Source of the DNA: Podarcis melisellensis
Taxonomy: Eukaryota
Direction: 5' to 3' (one strand)
Assembly (NCBI GenBank): GCA_964234715.1
Contig: OZ174277.1
Length of the DNA: 64,000 nt
In this document: positions 1 to 14,800 of the stretch, piece after piece
Position numbering within the stretch: the first letter of the stretch is position 1
How the letters are laid out: each line of letters begins with the position of its first letter
Made by a program: the position numbers and the translations under genes
The notes under the pieces: model-generated
Seen by the model: the letters and a program-made list of their open reading frames with translations, nothing else
Told to the model about the DNA's origin: nothing
Database searches by the model: none

Positions 1-963
1 TTAGACTAAAGGGAATAGTGAGATAATTGAGAATAATTACAGATAAGGATACAATATATTTTAAATATATTTAAGTAAAATTACTTAAGAATCACATGAA
101 ATATGATGCTTCTCTGTGTCTTGTTAAAGATGCAAACGACAGTGCATGGAATCAGACAAGAACTATAACATTATATTTCAATGTTATCTAGATGTCAGAA
201 AATATATCAAAATGAAAATCTATAAAAGATGGCCATATGTGCATCCATTCCTTCTTTACTATACTGTATACATTATGTGGAATGACAAATTATTCTAAAG
301 GCAGCTTTTCCACTATTAGGGGAAATATGTACGTCATTTTTATTTGTGTTTTTATAATACAATCTGGATTAGGCAATTCCTGCACTGGAAACCTCACTTT
401 CTTCTGCCTATTTGAGTTGAATGATGAAATCATTTCTATTTAGAGATGGGATTACAATTAGTGAACATCCTTATCTTATTCAGGTTGCTTAAAGGACTAT
501 ATTTACACTCTTTCCCTCTCCATTGACGTTTGTCTTGTTTGTTGCTTAATCCAACTGCATTGCTAATACATATAAGGCACACTGTGTAATCCTATCCTTT
601 ATTCAGAAATAAGTCCGGTTCAGTTCAGTGGTAAGTGCAATATAGTATTCCATCCTTAATTGCTTTTGTTGACATTAATTAAAAATGTAGGGAAGAGTAA
701 TGCATACAGTAGGTAGCCATATAATTGTTAAAATGCCTTAAGGCAGAAGACAACAGTAACAGTCGGCACAGGGTATTCAGGAAGATGATGGCTTAACTCT
801 GCATGATATCTTTGTGATGGAAAGGACTAACTGTATTAACCATGATATCTTTTTAAGTAAAAATAAGTCATGTGTAAATCTAAAATAAAACTTCTAACAC
901 CTAGGAGTATTTGAACAGAAATATTTAATTAGAGGAAAAATTTAAAAAGTATTCTGAATGTGG

Positions 964-1134
964 NNNNNNNNNNNNNNNNNNNNNNNNNNNNNNNNNNNNN
1001 NNNNNNNNNNNNNNNNNNNNNNNNNNNNNNNNNNNNNNNNNNNNNNNNNNNNNNNNNNNNNNNNNNNNNNNNNNNNNNNNNNNNNNNNNNNNNNNNNNNN
1101 NNNNNNNNNNNNNNNNNNNNNNNNNNNNNNNNNN
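964..1134. other. assembly gap (171 N)
   Basis: Run of n. Confidence 1.
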
Positions 1135-1814
1135 CTTTATCTGGAAATTATTTTCATTGGAATACTTATTTATTTTTTATACTTTTTTACTGTTAAGACA
1201 GTATAACTCACAAGCATACATTTTCATTATATTGTTTTGATTTGAAGAACAAAGATATTGCAAACTGTTATGAACATGATTTTATCATGCCCAAAGATGC
1301 CTGGAAAAAAAGTTAAGATCAACTTCGAAGCTGAATGAGCTTCCATTCTTTGTATACATTCTTTATGTCACTGATTTGTTAAATAAAAAATTGTTAAATA
1401 AAAATGTTTTGTTTCAAATGGAAAATTTTCCATAACAATTTTTTCCTTGCACATCATTGGTTTTGAATACAAACTATGTAGATATGCAATGTTTAGATCT
1501 TTGCTTATATATTGTGTTGATCCTGATGACATATGTAATTAGTTCTTGTTATGAAACATTGGCAGTTTTACATCAGGATGCAAGACATAAGTTCTAAATC
1601 TTGATATCCAAGGGCAGCTTTATATGGATTCACCTCCTTCCTTTATGGCAGGGAGTGGAACCTTATACTGAGGGCCACATTCCTCTGAAATAATCTTTTG
1701 GATGCCTTATATTAGCAGTGGGCAGAGGCAGAGTTGGCAGTGGTTGGGCTAAAAGTCTTCTAGAAAGGCTGCAGTTTTAAACCTAAAAGTTTTCTAGATT
1801 AGCTGAAATTTCCA

Positions 1815-2050
1815 ACCTGAAGCAGCCCCAGGTAAAACATCTTGTAATAGTCCAGTGGTGAGGTTAACAGAACATAGATAACTGTGGCTAGGTCATCTCT
1901 CTTTAGGAGAGTTATAGTTGGTATATCAGCCTCTGCCCATAGAAGGTTCTTTGTGCTACTAATGCTTTCTGACCCTTAAGAGGTAAAGGTAAATCTAGTA
2001 GCACTCCCAGAATGCACATCTAATCCTTTTCAGGAGTATACATTCCCTTT
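1815..2050 (-). mobile_element. degraded L2-like LINE fragment
   Basis: Resembles the minus-strand L2-like segment at 33700-33930 (taatagtccag...cagaacatagataactgtggc). Confidence 0.5.
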
Positions 2051-5000
2051 CATGGTTGCTGAACACCATCACACTTGTTATACAAGTTTATGGACCCTGT
2101 TCTGGTCCACTGCTATTCCCAAACACTGGTTCAGCACCTTTTCTGACTTACTTGCAAAAGACAGCTAAACCTGGGTGTCATCATCACATCAATGACACCC
2201 AACTCCATGTATGCAGGTGACCTCTGAACTTGCCGAAGAAAAGGATCTTTGCAACTGGCTGGTTGGGTCCAGTGAGGATCCTTTGAATCTGTGGCAAGAG
2301 AACAGGATATTTCCTTACTTATTTTATTAACAAAATCCAACTTCAATGGTTTTCCTAAATCTGTTCCGCTCCCACCATTTAATATTACTTGGACCCTTTT
2401 CACCCTTAACTTGCCAATAACCTGCTAACTGTGATATAAAGCCAGACAGATATATGTACTCTATTTAGGAAATATATTGTTTGTTTATTACAAGATTATG
2501 TAGCGTACAAGCTTATGTGGTTACTTTAACATAGTACAGTCTCTTTAAATTGACATACACTTTCCTTGTTAATTAACTGTAGCTTGTTATATACACTGTT
2601 ACTAAAGCAAGACAGCTTTGGCGAACCTTATTAAAACTTTTTGCCCAATTGTCTTTGTATTTACTCCACCACAGTTAAGCCTCACCAACACTATAAGTGA
2701 GGACTTTTGCTGAAGCCTACCAGTGCAAAAGCCTGGCAATGCAACTGCCTCTCACTACTTCTTACTCAGCGCTGTTCTCTTCTCATCTCTTATGCCTGAC
2801 CCAAGTGATTCAGATACCCCAACAAATCTTTTGCCACCAAGACACTGCATTTCTTGTACGTATTCTTTCTCAAGCCTCTTCCTCTGCGGTCTTCGGGCAG
2901 TGCACCACAAACACCATGAACTCCTTCACTGACCAGCACAGACTGACTTCTAGCTGACTAGCACCCAGCCATATATACACTTCTTCTTGCCCTCCAGTCC
3001 AGCCCCAGCCAATCACGTGGTCTAACGGAAAATTCTAACCCTGCAGCCACCAGTCAGAACACTGCTTCTTTTGCATATTGAGAATTCTACCTCTAACCGC
3101 TCCTGAGTTGCCAGTTGAAGCCCCCCAGTGACAGTTGAACCAACTTCCACCTGACCAGACAGGACTCCCCGCACAATGCACATTACCATACAAATGACAG
3201 AATCCAATCCACATTAAAACTGAATTCAAATAAGCAAGATTTCTTCACAGGGTTGAAGGAAGCATTCTTCAGGAATGATCCTAACAGCTGCTTCATTTAA
3301 GGTGGCCGAGACTACCCCTCCCTGCCAAAGAGGCGTTTAAAACTCTGGACCCAGCTTGTCAGTCCTCCCTTCTAGAAGGGCAACGGTTAACCTTGCAAGT
3401 GGTGGGCCATTTTATTAAGCTCGGTTTTAATGTAGCCTGTGTTAGTTTGTGGCACTGCACTGGTGTCATAGTCAACTCTCCACAGAATTAAATGCAGCTT
3501 CCATGCGGCAGGTGTAGTGTCACAGGCTGGCCTGTGCCAGTCGGCAATTAAGTCCCATCTGTCCCTCGTGAATGTTGCTAGTGCACTAGAGTCATTCTTT
3601 CACAACTTCTTACACAAAAAGCTATTCATGTGGAGTGGTTCACTGCTCTAAGGCATAGCTGTTTGAAGTGAATGAGCCCAGGAGACATCTGAGTTGGGTT
3701 TTCACACTTCTGCAGACTCCCCACACCCAAATAGCACACAGAAACAATCATTTCCACTGTTGTGAAAGTAGCAACTGTAATCACATGATAGACTGCTTCA
3801 CCTGAACAACCTACCACTGATAACAGCTACCATGAGGACTTGCACAAAGCAGCTTCTGTGCAGTGGCCGTGACATGTATACTGACTTCAAACACTACATA
3901 GCACATAAATGCGCAGCGAGGGTAGCCAGGAGGTGTGAGGCAAGCAGTAGTATAGACGACTGAACATGTTTCTGAAGCCCTTTTTGGCCAATGCATTAAC
4001 CAAATTACATGATAAATTGTGCTAAGTCATAATTATTTGGTTGCACATGCTAGGCAGGATTTTAGGATGGGCATGGTATAGGATTACATCACAGCAAGCA
4101 CTTCTGTAGAGCAAATGGTTAAGCTACAGCAAGGGAGCATTCCTGGTGGCTAAGCTACAGGTGTAGTGTTTTCTTTCTGTTGAGAGCTCTTCCACCCTAC
4201 ATGTGAGCATGTAGAATTTGTATGCAGGCTGGGTTTTTTTGGTGCTTGAAGATCAGCTGGTTATAGTGGGGTGCCATGTTCAACATTTGTCAGATGCAGT
4301 GAACTCATTTATATAAACTATAAATTATTGCACCAAATCTTCAGCAGGTGGGGCTAGAACCTTTGGAAAACCAAACATGAGATTGCACGAATTCAGAGAA
4401 TTCATGTCTAGCTTTCCTCTCCCTGTCTTCTTGTACTTATTATGCCAGTTAATTATTCTGAGGCAAAGTGTGCATAACCCCAGGCACAATGACCTAGAAA
4501 TGTATTTGAAGCAAATAAGAATTTTGGGCAATCACCGAAGGCACTGAAACTAGCATAGGCGCTCTACCTGCCACTACAGTCTTAAACATTTGCTGTAGTG
4601 TGTATATGGCATCACTGAAGTTTTGTAACACTATTCATTATATTATTCTGCACTTTAATTCAGACTTAGTGTAGTGCACTGCACTGGTGTATCTGTTAGT
4701 GCATCAAAATGTTGCTGGCTGATTAGTTAAGACATTATTTTAGAAGTCATTAAGGGGACCTGGTTGATTAGGTTTAACCAGTTGCTGCTGCATTAGGTCT
4801 GAGAATTTTGCTTACTGGTTATCTGTCTTACTGGCTTCCCTCCAGCCCTAGATATTTTTTCTTGATGGTGATTTCTGTGGGCCTTCTTATGGACCAATTC
4901 ACAGAGAATAAACCTTAAAACACATTTTTGCTTCCATGGGTTCTGCTTTTAGATATTTAGTTTACATAGAATAAGTCTACAAGTCTATACCCATTTTCTG

Positions 5001-5872
5001 AGAGTAAAGCACAATGAACTCTGCTTTGGACTATAGGACTGTCTTGTAAATCAAGCTTTAAACAGTGAGTTGTTTAATTAAAAGAAGAAAACTTTACACA
5101 ATTTAGGACCCAGAGAGCCAACTTAGGTGAGCTAGGGCTATTGTCCATTGAGGGAGATTAGGATTTTCAACAGGATATTCCTGTCAACCCATGCTGTAAT
5201 ACCAAACTTATATTTGTTTTATTTTTAAATTTTATATCCCACTCTTCCTCCCAATGGAGGTTTTCAATTCTCATGTTTTAGAAATCTTTGGCAAGTAGCA
5301 TGGGGGTCTGTAGTTGAAGAGACTCGTGTCCCTTTCAAACTTGAGTCTATTGAAGAATTCATTAAACAGTCCTTTGGATCCTAGGCTTGCTGTTGATAAA
5401 ATTAAGTACTTGCTTCATCCTTAATGTAAAGTGAAAAAATACAATAAAAATATTGAATGGCTGATAGTTCAAACATCATGCACAAGGGGTATTCAAGTAT
5501 GAGTGTCCACTGATGGAAGAGAATTTGTTAGCTGAACAGGGAGGCAGGCGGTTTTCAGCCATTCTCCTGTCTCCCCACCCTTCAGCACCCTGTGCTACCC
5601 TTAAATCTCTTCCAGAAATGGCCCTTTGGAGTAGATGTAGAAGTTGGGAGGATGATTAAGTCTCCCCTTTTCCTATAAGATGATCGTCACCATTGCATAT
5701 TACCCAACGTTAATAAGCCTGCAACACCTTTTCACGTTGTGTCTGATAGTTTGTGTTAGATTGTTCACTGATAGTTGTCTTTCTCAGTGTTACTGTCCTA
5801 TAACATATTCTGGTTTTCTTTGCAGAATGAAGAAAAGTGAAATGTGTTGAGTTGCCTTTAAGGGTCATGAAA

Positions 5873-5882
5873 ATGCCAGCAG
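5873..5882 (+). CDS. AHI1: AHI1 coding exon 1 (ATG CCA GCA G); the exon begins at 5826 with 5'UTR
   Basis: ttttctttgcag acceptor ending 5825; donor G|gtatgt at 5883; phase 1 joins the next exon to give MPAVESE. Confidence 0.85.
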
Positions 5883-8800
5883 GTATGTAGTATATGTGCT
5901 ATAGCATTTTTACTTTTTGCATTGTATGAACCATTTACTGTTAAATTTTATCTGTGTAAAGAAGGGTTTTTATTACTGATTAGTATTTCTAGCATTGCAG
6001 ACCTGGGTCCTGTTCCAGAGATGATAACTGTACACCCAAAGACCCTGACAGCAACTCGTAGTGCATGTTGATATGCATTCATGTCTGCATTGTGATGCAG
6101 TAGCTAGTTCGCAAGGAAAGAATCGGCAGTATTATCACCACAGTGTCTGCTTCTATAACTCTTAGCAGAAATGGAATTGCAGATCCACCCTGCCAATCAG
6201 CACTTAGGCTTTTTACAATGAGGTTTGGCAGATTGGAAACAGGGTACTGTATTTGTTCTTGTTTTCTATGGCTAGCAGGAGTCATGGGCTCATATTATCA
6301 GGGATCACCAACTTTTGGGGGGCCTGTTTCTGACAGGAAACACTATTGTCAGCACCGCACACAGCGACCAAGCATACACTACAACCTTTTCTATTGATAG
6401 AATTATTTGTTTATTTATTAATAAATAAATGGATTGTGGATTGTAATGAAACCCCTGCGGTTCTAAGAAAGCCCCTTTTCAGACCTAATTTCAGCAGGGG
6501 AAGGAAGAACATCTGCAGGGACCTTGGGTTCACCTTTGGCATGAATGGAAGGTGATAACTGGGCTGTGACAGCCATTTTGAGCTAATAAGCTAATGAAAG
6601 TGATGAATCTGCTGTTTGACCTTTTCAGTGGAGAGTGAAGCCAAGGCAAAAACCAAGGTTCGTTTTGAGGAAATATTCAAGAGCCATGCTGACCTAGCAG
6701 ATAAAAAGAAATTGAAAAAGAAAGCATTAGGCACGCCAGAGAACATTGTGGTGAGTTGTCTATGAAACTTTGTTTGCCTGTCTTGGCAAAAAGGTTTAAA
6801 AAGAGCAAAACTTAGTGTCTCATGCTCAATTCCTTAAGAAGTATGAAGAAAAGTGGACTGTTCTTTGCAGTTAATTCCTTTCGGAAAGCAGAAATTGTTG
6901 CAGCCTTGGGGTTACAAATACCAGCACTTCAATCTCATGATTTAGAAAAGCACGGCCTTCAAATTCATGACGGCTGTTTCTTTTACTATTACGCTGTTGG
7001 TAGTGGAAGTGGCTCACTATACTTATTTGTCCTTTTCCATACATAAAGGAGGTTCTGTGAATGTGAAAAGAAAAGCACTTTAATTATCATTTTAATATAT
7101 GTTTTATTGATGCTTATATTGAGGGGGAAAGGGTACTAGTACTTTACGCAGATATCTAAGTTCTGTGTGTTATACTCTGTACATTTGGTTCAGGAAACCG
7201 CAGTGAGTTACTACACATACAATTATACTAATTTAATGGCCAAATTACAATTTGGAAATATCTCTTTAAATGGTTTGTTAGGCAGAATTTTTAAAAGATC
7301 TTGGTTACAATCATTTCTTACATTTTTATCATGAGGACATTTTGTTAAATATTATTTCAGTTACACTAGATCTGTACACCCTCCTCCTCTCAGTAACGTT
7401 TATTTTTACAACATATAACGCCATACTGGTGGGCCAATTTTCCAAATACTCTAGAATACATTTGAGGGATTTTTTCTTAAAACCAGCTTTGAAGGATATA
7501 TTAAAAGCTTGGTCAAATCTAGAATCTTTTCATGTTTCATATGAATTCCATCTGTTGGTTGCTACATAAAACAATTAAGACTCATTTAAAACTTCAGTGC
7601 ATGCGATAAAACTAATAATGTACCAAAATATTAATATTATAATACATATGCTTATAATTATATAAGAGGGGGCTGACTTTTCAGTGTTTTTGTCTTGATT
7701 GTAGCTTGAAACATTTAAAAATCATCTTGGCATTACCCAAGAAAGTGAAAATGATGAGGTAATTATAAATGAAACTTATAACCCAGAGGAAAGGAGTCCA
7801 CGGATTACAAAAAGCAAGCTCAGACACAAAGCCTCAGTTGCAGAAAAAATAAATAATAATGTTGTTAGTGGAGAGGAAAGCGTGCAAACAACGTCTAATA
7901 AGAAGAAGAAAAAGACAGTGTTACACGAACAACTTAATGAGGAAGAAAACCTACGTGAAACTAAGTTGGACAGTTCTGAAAAACAGATTCATGTTTTTTC
8001 AAAGAAAAAAACAAAAAGTGTGTTAGAGGCAGATGCATTTCATCAAAAGGGGGACGGCCACATAAAAAGTGCCTTGAATGGAATGAGAGGGAGATCTGAA
8101 TTAGATGAGGAAGAGCAGCTAATTCAAGCCTATGAGCAGCAAGTGGCTGAGGAAGAAGCAAATGCAATTAAGAAGAAAATAAAAAAGAAACTTAAAGAAC
8201 AGATGTCTGAATTCACCCCCAATGTTCAAAGCCAGGAAATGGCACTGAATAATGAAGTGAGCAAAAAGAAGAAAAAGAAAAAAGAAGTATCTGTTGTATC
8301 TGAAGCTCAAACAAGGTATAGTGGCGAAAAGCAAATTGGTGTGGATTTAAATCTTTAACAACTGTTTGATTTTCATTGCTGTTGTTGAAATGGAAAGAGT
8401 TGTATGGCCCCCCTCCCCAACCTGGACATACCATTTTACAGGAGAAAATGTCATGGTGTTAACTTATCTGAAAAAGCATGTATGGTATACCAGTTCTTCT
8501 CCCTCCTCACAAAGTTACTTTCTGAGTTGCTGGGAAGCCATGAGTTGTTGCACCTGTGGGAGGTGAAGGCGGGACTCAGGAAGGAGTGCAAGGCAGAGGA
8601 AGGTGGACAAAATCGCATTTGGCTTCATTTCTATTTCCCAGCTTAGCTTCCAGGCACCAGACCAAACTGGGGGAGAATCTTTATTGGCTTCATTGCCTTT
8701 CTCTCATAACATCTTCCTCCTAGACACACACTACCTGTTTCCTATCTTTAGAGAGGAGAGAATAGAATCCTAGGAAACTTCCTTATACCAAGTCAGGCTG

Positions 8801-11800
8801 TTGATCCATGGATTTCAGTATTGTCCCTCCTGACTGGTAATGGCTCTCTTGGGTTTTTGACAAAAGTATCTCCCAACCAAACCTGGAGATGCTGGAGGCT
8901 GAACTTGGATCCTTCTGCATGCACAGAAGATGCTCTCCCTCTGAGCTAGGGCCGTCCCCTTTCCCCTTTGTGTTGCTTGGCAAAAGAAATATTATCATCT
9001 GGGTTGAGTGGGGCTGTGCCCCTGTTGTCTGTTGCCTTGGTGACTGGGTGAATGGTTCCCACCACATCATCTCTTCTCAGCTTGTTGACAGCCTCTGTTC
9101 TGGAACTACTCTTTGCACGAACCCAGCTTGGTGGGAAGAGATGATTCATTTGTATCACTTTCCTTGCTCATCTCTAGATCTCACTTCAGGGGGGCAGCTA
9201 AGTCTAGGGATGATAGCAATGCATTTGCAATACGTTGACCCTGCCTTAAGTTTACACGGCCTCCTTTTCCTCCATCAAAGCCAGGGGAGGGGAACTGGAT
9301 CCAGTCAGTGGGCCGTGCTACAAAGGAAAATCCAAGCTGATCCCAGCAGGTTTTAAGTTACTGCTGGTCAGCTGATGGGTCTGCTTTCTGCTGGTTGGAG
9401 GTGATGCCAGTGAGCCTGAAGTTGCCGTCCCACTCCCTTCCCCTTGAGCTCATTGGTGCGTCAACATCAAGCTGCCTTCTGCTGGAATTACCAAATTCCC
9501 AATGGGGAAAGTGGAGCTTCAAGTCACTGCTTGAGTTCCCTGTGGCAATCACTGTGCCACAGCCAATCCCAGCAGAAAGGGATAGATGCTGACGTCAGGC
9601 TCTACTTTCTATGGTGTCAACTGTGCTATAGAGCTCACCATGGGGAAATCAGTAGTGCAGCCAATACCAGCTGGTCTGTTCTCACTACCAGTCATCTGAT
9701 CATTGGTGAAAGCAAGCCTTCTTTGCCAATGAAAAATCAGGAGCACATTCTGCCTGCTTCACACTTGATCTGACATCTGGTGCAAGGCAGATGGCCATGA
9801 CTTTGGTGAAATGGCTTTGTGGGACCCATGTCAGGCATAATTAAGGCTCATGAGCCAGTGGACCCCTGCCCCCCCCCGGCATGGCTGACCTCAATTAATC
9901 ACCTTGGCTGATGGTTGGAGTGTTCCTTACTTGCATCTCTCTGGCAGACAGCAATCATTATTTTGGCAGGTTTGGGCAGGGCTGGGTGTATGTATACATT
10001 CCCTTGTTTAACAGCGAGACTTACTTCATTGCAGTGCAATGTCCCTCTCTGAACTACAGAATGACCCAGAGGAAGAAAATACCCGCAAAAAGAGATCATT
10101 GGAAAAACCGCTCATGTCAGAATTTCAAGAGGATGATGTGCTAACAAAGGAACAGGAACTGGAAGAGGATATTGAAAAACAGAAAACTAAAGGAAAGAAA
10201 CCGAAAAGAAAACCCAAAAAAGGTTTGTGTGGCTACAATTTGAACCTCTGCAAATGTGCACATGAGTACAGAGCTCATTTATGTGGCTGCATTGTATGCT
10301 TTTAGTGACCTGGACTGCACCATCCTTGTGGCAAAGAAGTTGTCTGAAGTTTTTCACATGTGACCCACTGTGATTTTGCACAAGTGAGCTTTCCAAATCT
10401 AGGTTGAGTGGTAGCATGTAAAATACTAGTTTGTGCTCATCAAGGCTGATTATCTGCTGGCTATAAGCCTTGTGCAGTCCAATTAGAGTGAAAATTGTAC
10501 TGTGAGCATAGAGGGTGAGTGAGTTGCCCTTACCTCACATTTATTTCAAATAAATATTGAAATAAGGACTCGTTTATTTGTTCAAGAATGGTCCTGCTTT
10601 GTATGAATAACAATTTTTGGAAGTGGTCTCTTCGTTTGACCACTTGGAACATATTGGAATATGTAATTAGAAAGTTCCAGCTGCATCTGCTTTTTGTGTG
10701 TGTGTTAAACTGCTGTTCATGTTAATAGATCACACATAAAGAATAATGTTGCACATACTAATAGCCAGAGTACCAGTTTTTGTCCAATAACTATTCCTAG
10801 ATATAAGCAAACATGCTGTCGAATATACTAACTGGTTTTTCATAATGCATTGTAGAACTAGTGGGGCTTGGTAACTACAATAGGTGTTTTCAATTTAATT
10901 TTGATAATATTTCTCACTTGAGACAATCTTCTTTCTGCTCCTAGTACTAGAAGAAAATACCCCGAATGCTGATGAAAATACATCACATGTGACTGATAGA
11001 AGTGTTTCACCGGAATCAAAACCTGTTTATGATGATAGCCTGGTTTTAGGGGTTTACATCCATCGAACAGATCGACTTAAAACTGATCTCATGGTATCGC
11101 ATCCTATGGTTAAGGTTCATGTGATTGATCAGAAAACTGGTCTATACGCCAAGAAAGAAAATAGGTGATGTCATTCACTTTTAACGTTTCCTTTCTCTTA
11201 TCTTATCTCTCCAATTTTCCCACATCAAATGTGATTTACTGTAAAGACTTCTCAGTTGAGTATTGGTGTCCCTGGAATCTCTTTCCTGCTTAACTTGCAT
11301 GTTCAGGATTTTAGTTTGTTTTCATAGATATGTGTGCTTATTCTCTTGAGTTCCAGTTGAGCACTCTGGAAATATATGCAGTCAATTGCAGGAGAAATGA
11401 AAGGCTACCAAAAAAACTGAAATTCAGTCACTTTTCAAAGTTCATCCTCAAGAGACTTTTCTGTTTAGGTAATGTTGCCCATCTATAGAGGGCAGGGTAG
11501 AGTGTTCATCAGATAATGCCAGAAGGTGGACTGAACGAGAGGCCAACATGGAATAAGGGTTGCATCAAACCCCAGAGTAGCTTCTAATACATGTAAAGGC
11601 CAGAAAGATGACAGCAAAGAAAACATTACTCAACTCTGTACTCGAATAAGATTTAAAGCTGCAGTCCTATGAAAGATTTCCTTGGCAGTCCCCTTAAACT
11701 AAGTGGAACTTAACTTTCAAATAAATATGCATAGGATCAAGCTATGCCTCTCATATGCGAAATCTCTTAAGTGTCATAGGGAGCACACTCCAAGCATAGC

Positions 11801-14800
11801 ATGTCAAGTAAACATCAAGTTTTAACCAGCAAAAAGACTGGGTTAAAATGGTTAAGCACAAAGCACAAAAAGTACGTGTTTTTTTTTGGTAAGAATATAG
11901 ACATGAATTTACAACCATTTGGATTATTTCTTTTAACTGTGCCTTTCATTAATGTTAGACTACATTTGCTTTGAGCCAAAGTTATTGAAGCTGTCCTTGC
12001 ACTTCACAGGGCTGTGGATATTGTGCCTAGAATAGTCTGAGTTGGAATAAGTTTAAAGCCATCTGACACGTGGCTGTTGAACATTTCACATACACACCCT
12101 GGTAGCATGAATGCTAGACTGTTACATTCCCCATACTTCCCTTTTAAGCAAAAGGCTAGCACAGTTAGACTGAACAGAGTTTATTGTTTTTATACAGCAG
12201 CCGATCTGTTTCATCTTTTTATGAACAAGAAAAAGTGGGACATATTCTTCCCATTATGACTCAGCCGTATGATTTTAAGCAGTTTAAGTCAACACTTCCA
12301 GAATGGGAGGAGCTAATAATTTTCAATGAACGCTTTAACTATTTCCTTCAAGATACTGAAGAAAGTCCAAGAATAATCCTGTTTTTTGAGGTACAGAATG
12401 AATTTCCATTTCATCATGTTACCTTTAATTTTGGCAAGTATCTTTTAATGTTTTAATTCATAGATTATTTGAAAGGTGGGTGGCATAGGAATTATGGATT
12501 GTGCCCATTCACGTAAGGACTCCCACTCGCACAACAGAATTTCTCTTTCACCATGCATCCCAAAATCTCTCTTGGGGGTTCCTCCAATACTGTAGAGCCA
12601 ATTTCTGTTGTTTCAGCCAGGGAGGAGGAGTGCAGGGTCATGACTTGGTACTAGAGCATCAGCTTTGCATGCAGCAGGTCCCAATTCAATCCCTGGTGTC
12701 TCCAGATACGGTTGGGAAAGACTCCCTGCCTCCCACTCTGAAGAGCTGCTGCCAGTCAGTGTAGACAATACCGAACTGCTAAGGCAGTTTCTGTGTTCCT
12801 AAGCAGAAGTCATTGCTCCTGTAGACAAGCCAACTGACAATAGCAGGTGCAAGGTTCTCTCAAAATCTCTTCTTAGGCCTCCTAACAGCTTTGTAGGGGA
12901 TGCCTGGGAGCTGGGGAAGGAGACAAAGTATGCAACAAAGAAGCTGCCAAATGCATTATTTGAGATTTTTCATTGATCCTTAATGAATATCCTAAATCAT
13001 TTTGTTTTTGTTCTTGTTTTTATTATGTATTGTGTGCTTTTTTAGCTTGTATTTTTATGCTGTGAACTACTTTGCTATCTACAGATGAAGGGGGGGTATT
13101 TAAATCTAACAAATGCAAAATAATAATAATAATAATCTTCCTGAACATGCCAGCTCTACATGTTTTCCTGCTAAGAAAACCCGTATCCACCATATTTGAG
13201 GGGTTTCTACTTGTTTATTCTAAGTGAGCTCCCACGTTTTGAGAGCTGAGATGTGCCAAATGCAGGAGAACTCTGGAATTCTCCCATTCTGCGCATACAC
13301 ACACACAAAAGCAGAGCTCACTGTGTAGGGGTGGCATGGAGGTTCTTTCATAGGCCCCACTCTGTCCCTGCAAATAGCATTCAGAGCCAAAAGAAAATAA
13401 CTTAGACTAAAAATATTCCTTATCATAATTGTTGATTGATTTTAACTAAATAAAACTTTTCCCCCAATTTGGTCAGATACTTGATTTTCTGAGCATGAAT
13501 GATGTAAGGACCAACTTTGATGTACAAGCTAAGGAAAGTGGCTTTCGGAAAATCTCTTGGGCATTTCTAAAGGTATTTTATTTATTTTTTTAAAATGGGA
13601 ACTTTCCCCCTAAAGTATCCAAATCAAATCTAAGCAGAAGTGAACATAACCTTCTGTGTTCAGTGGTGAAACTATATTTCAATCTTGGTTGTGGTAATAG
13701 ATGAACTGCAAGCACATTTGTCCAATAAATGTACAAAATTTAGATGAGGTACCAAAGAAAATCCCATGAAGGTGTTTTGTATGAAGGTGGAGTTTAGTGT
13801 TATTGCGTTTCATAAAGCCCCATGTTTCCCCTGTGTGTATTGTGGTATCCTTTCAGAACTGAATTTGAGAATCTCTGTGTGCATCTCTGCTGCATCTTAT
13901 GGTAGAGATGGTCATAGCATAGGGTGACTGAAAACAAAGAATCCAGTTACCAAGGTTCACCAGCAAGTGCACAAAGGCCTGTACCTCTGCGCCAAAGATG
14001 AGCCCTAATTCTGTTCTGAGTGGCTTCTGAATGTCAATTCATCCATTCAGATGAAATTATAATCAGATGATCTGCTGATACCTAACTGTGTGTACTACAT
14101 CCTCCCATAGGAAACCTGTGCCCACTATCTGCGGTTGCCAAACTATAATGTTGTGGTTTTAAATTGTCATATCACAAACAGGGTTTCGTCTTTCTTTATT
14201 TAAAATTTGTTTATTCTGTATTTACAGCCTGCATCATAACCAATCCTGGGGAAGTTTATATATTTACAAATAAAACAATAATGCTAATTGTTTATCAATT
14301 AAAAGAACCCAGAAGAAACAGATAAAATACTAAAAACAACAATAATTGTCAAACTGCAAAGCACTTCCCTCCTTCTTAATCTAAGGCTGACTAGATTAAT
14401 ATTTCACAAAATCCCAAGTACAGTGGTGCCTCGCAAGACGAAATTAATTCGTTCCGCAAGTCTTTTCGTCTTGAGAGTTTTTCGTCTTGCGAAGCACGGT
14501 TTCCCATAGGAATGCATTAAAAATCAATTAATGCGTTCCTATGGAAACCGCCTTCAGACCAGGTCCGGGGACAGTCTGTCCCCCGACCTCTTCTGAAGGC
14601 TGGCGGGGGGCAAAAGTCTTTGCTCCCCCCTGCCTGCCTTCCCGGGAGAGCGGAAAAGGCAGCGCTGCCTTCCCGCTCTCCCGGAAAGGCAGGCAGGGGG
14701 GACAAAGACTTTTGTCTCCCGCCCGCCTTCGGAAGAGGTCCAGGACCTCTTCCGAAGGCGGGCGGGGGGCAAAAGTCTTTGCTCCCCCCGCCTGCCTTCA

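Noticed and set aside
958-1206. ORFs made of X residues
   Set aside because: Artefacts of the N gap.
2660-3400. Possible promoter or solo LTR (TATATA, CCAAT, CACGTG cluster near 2970-3020)
   Set aside because: No CpG island, no identifiable first exon, and no clear TG...CA ends with a TSD; cannot be supported.
8889-9773. Cluster of 100-155 aa ORFs in intron 3
   Set aside because: Overlap a SINE and GC-richer repeat-like sequence; no recognisable domains or compatible splice structure.
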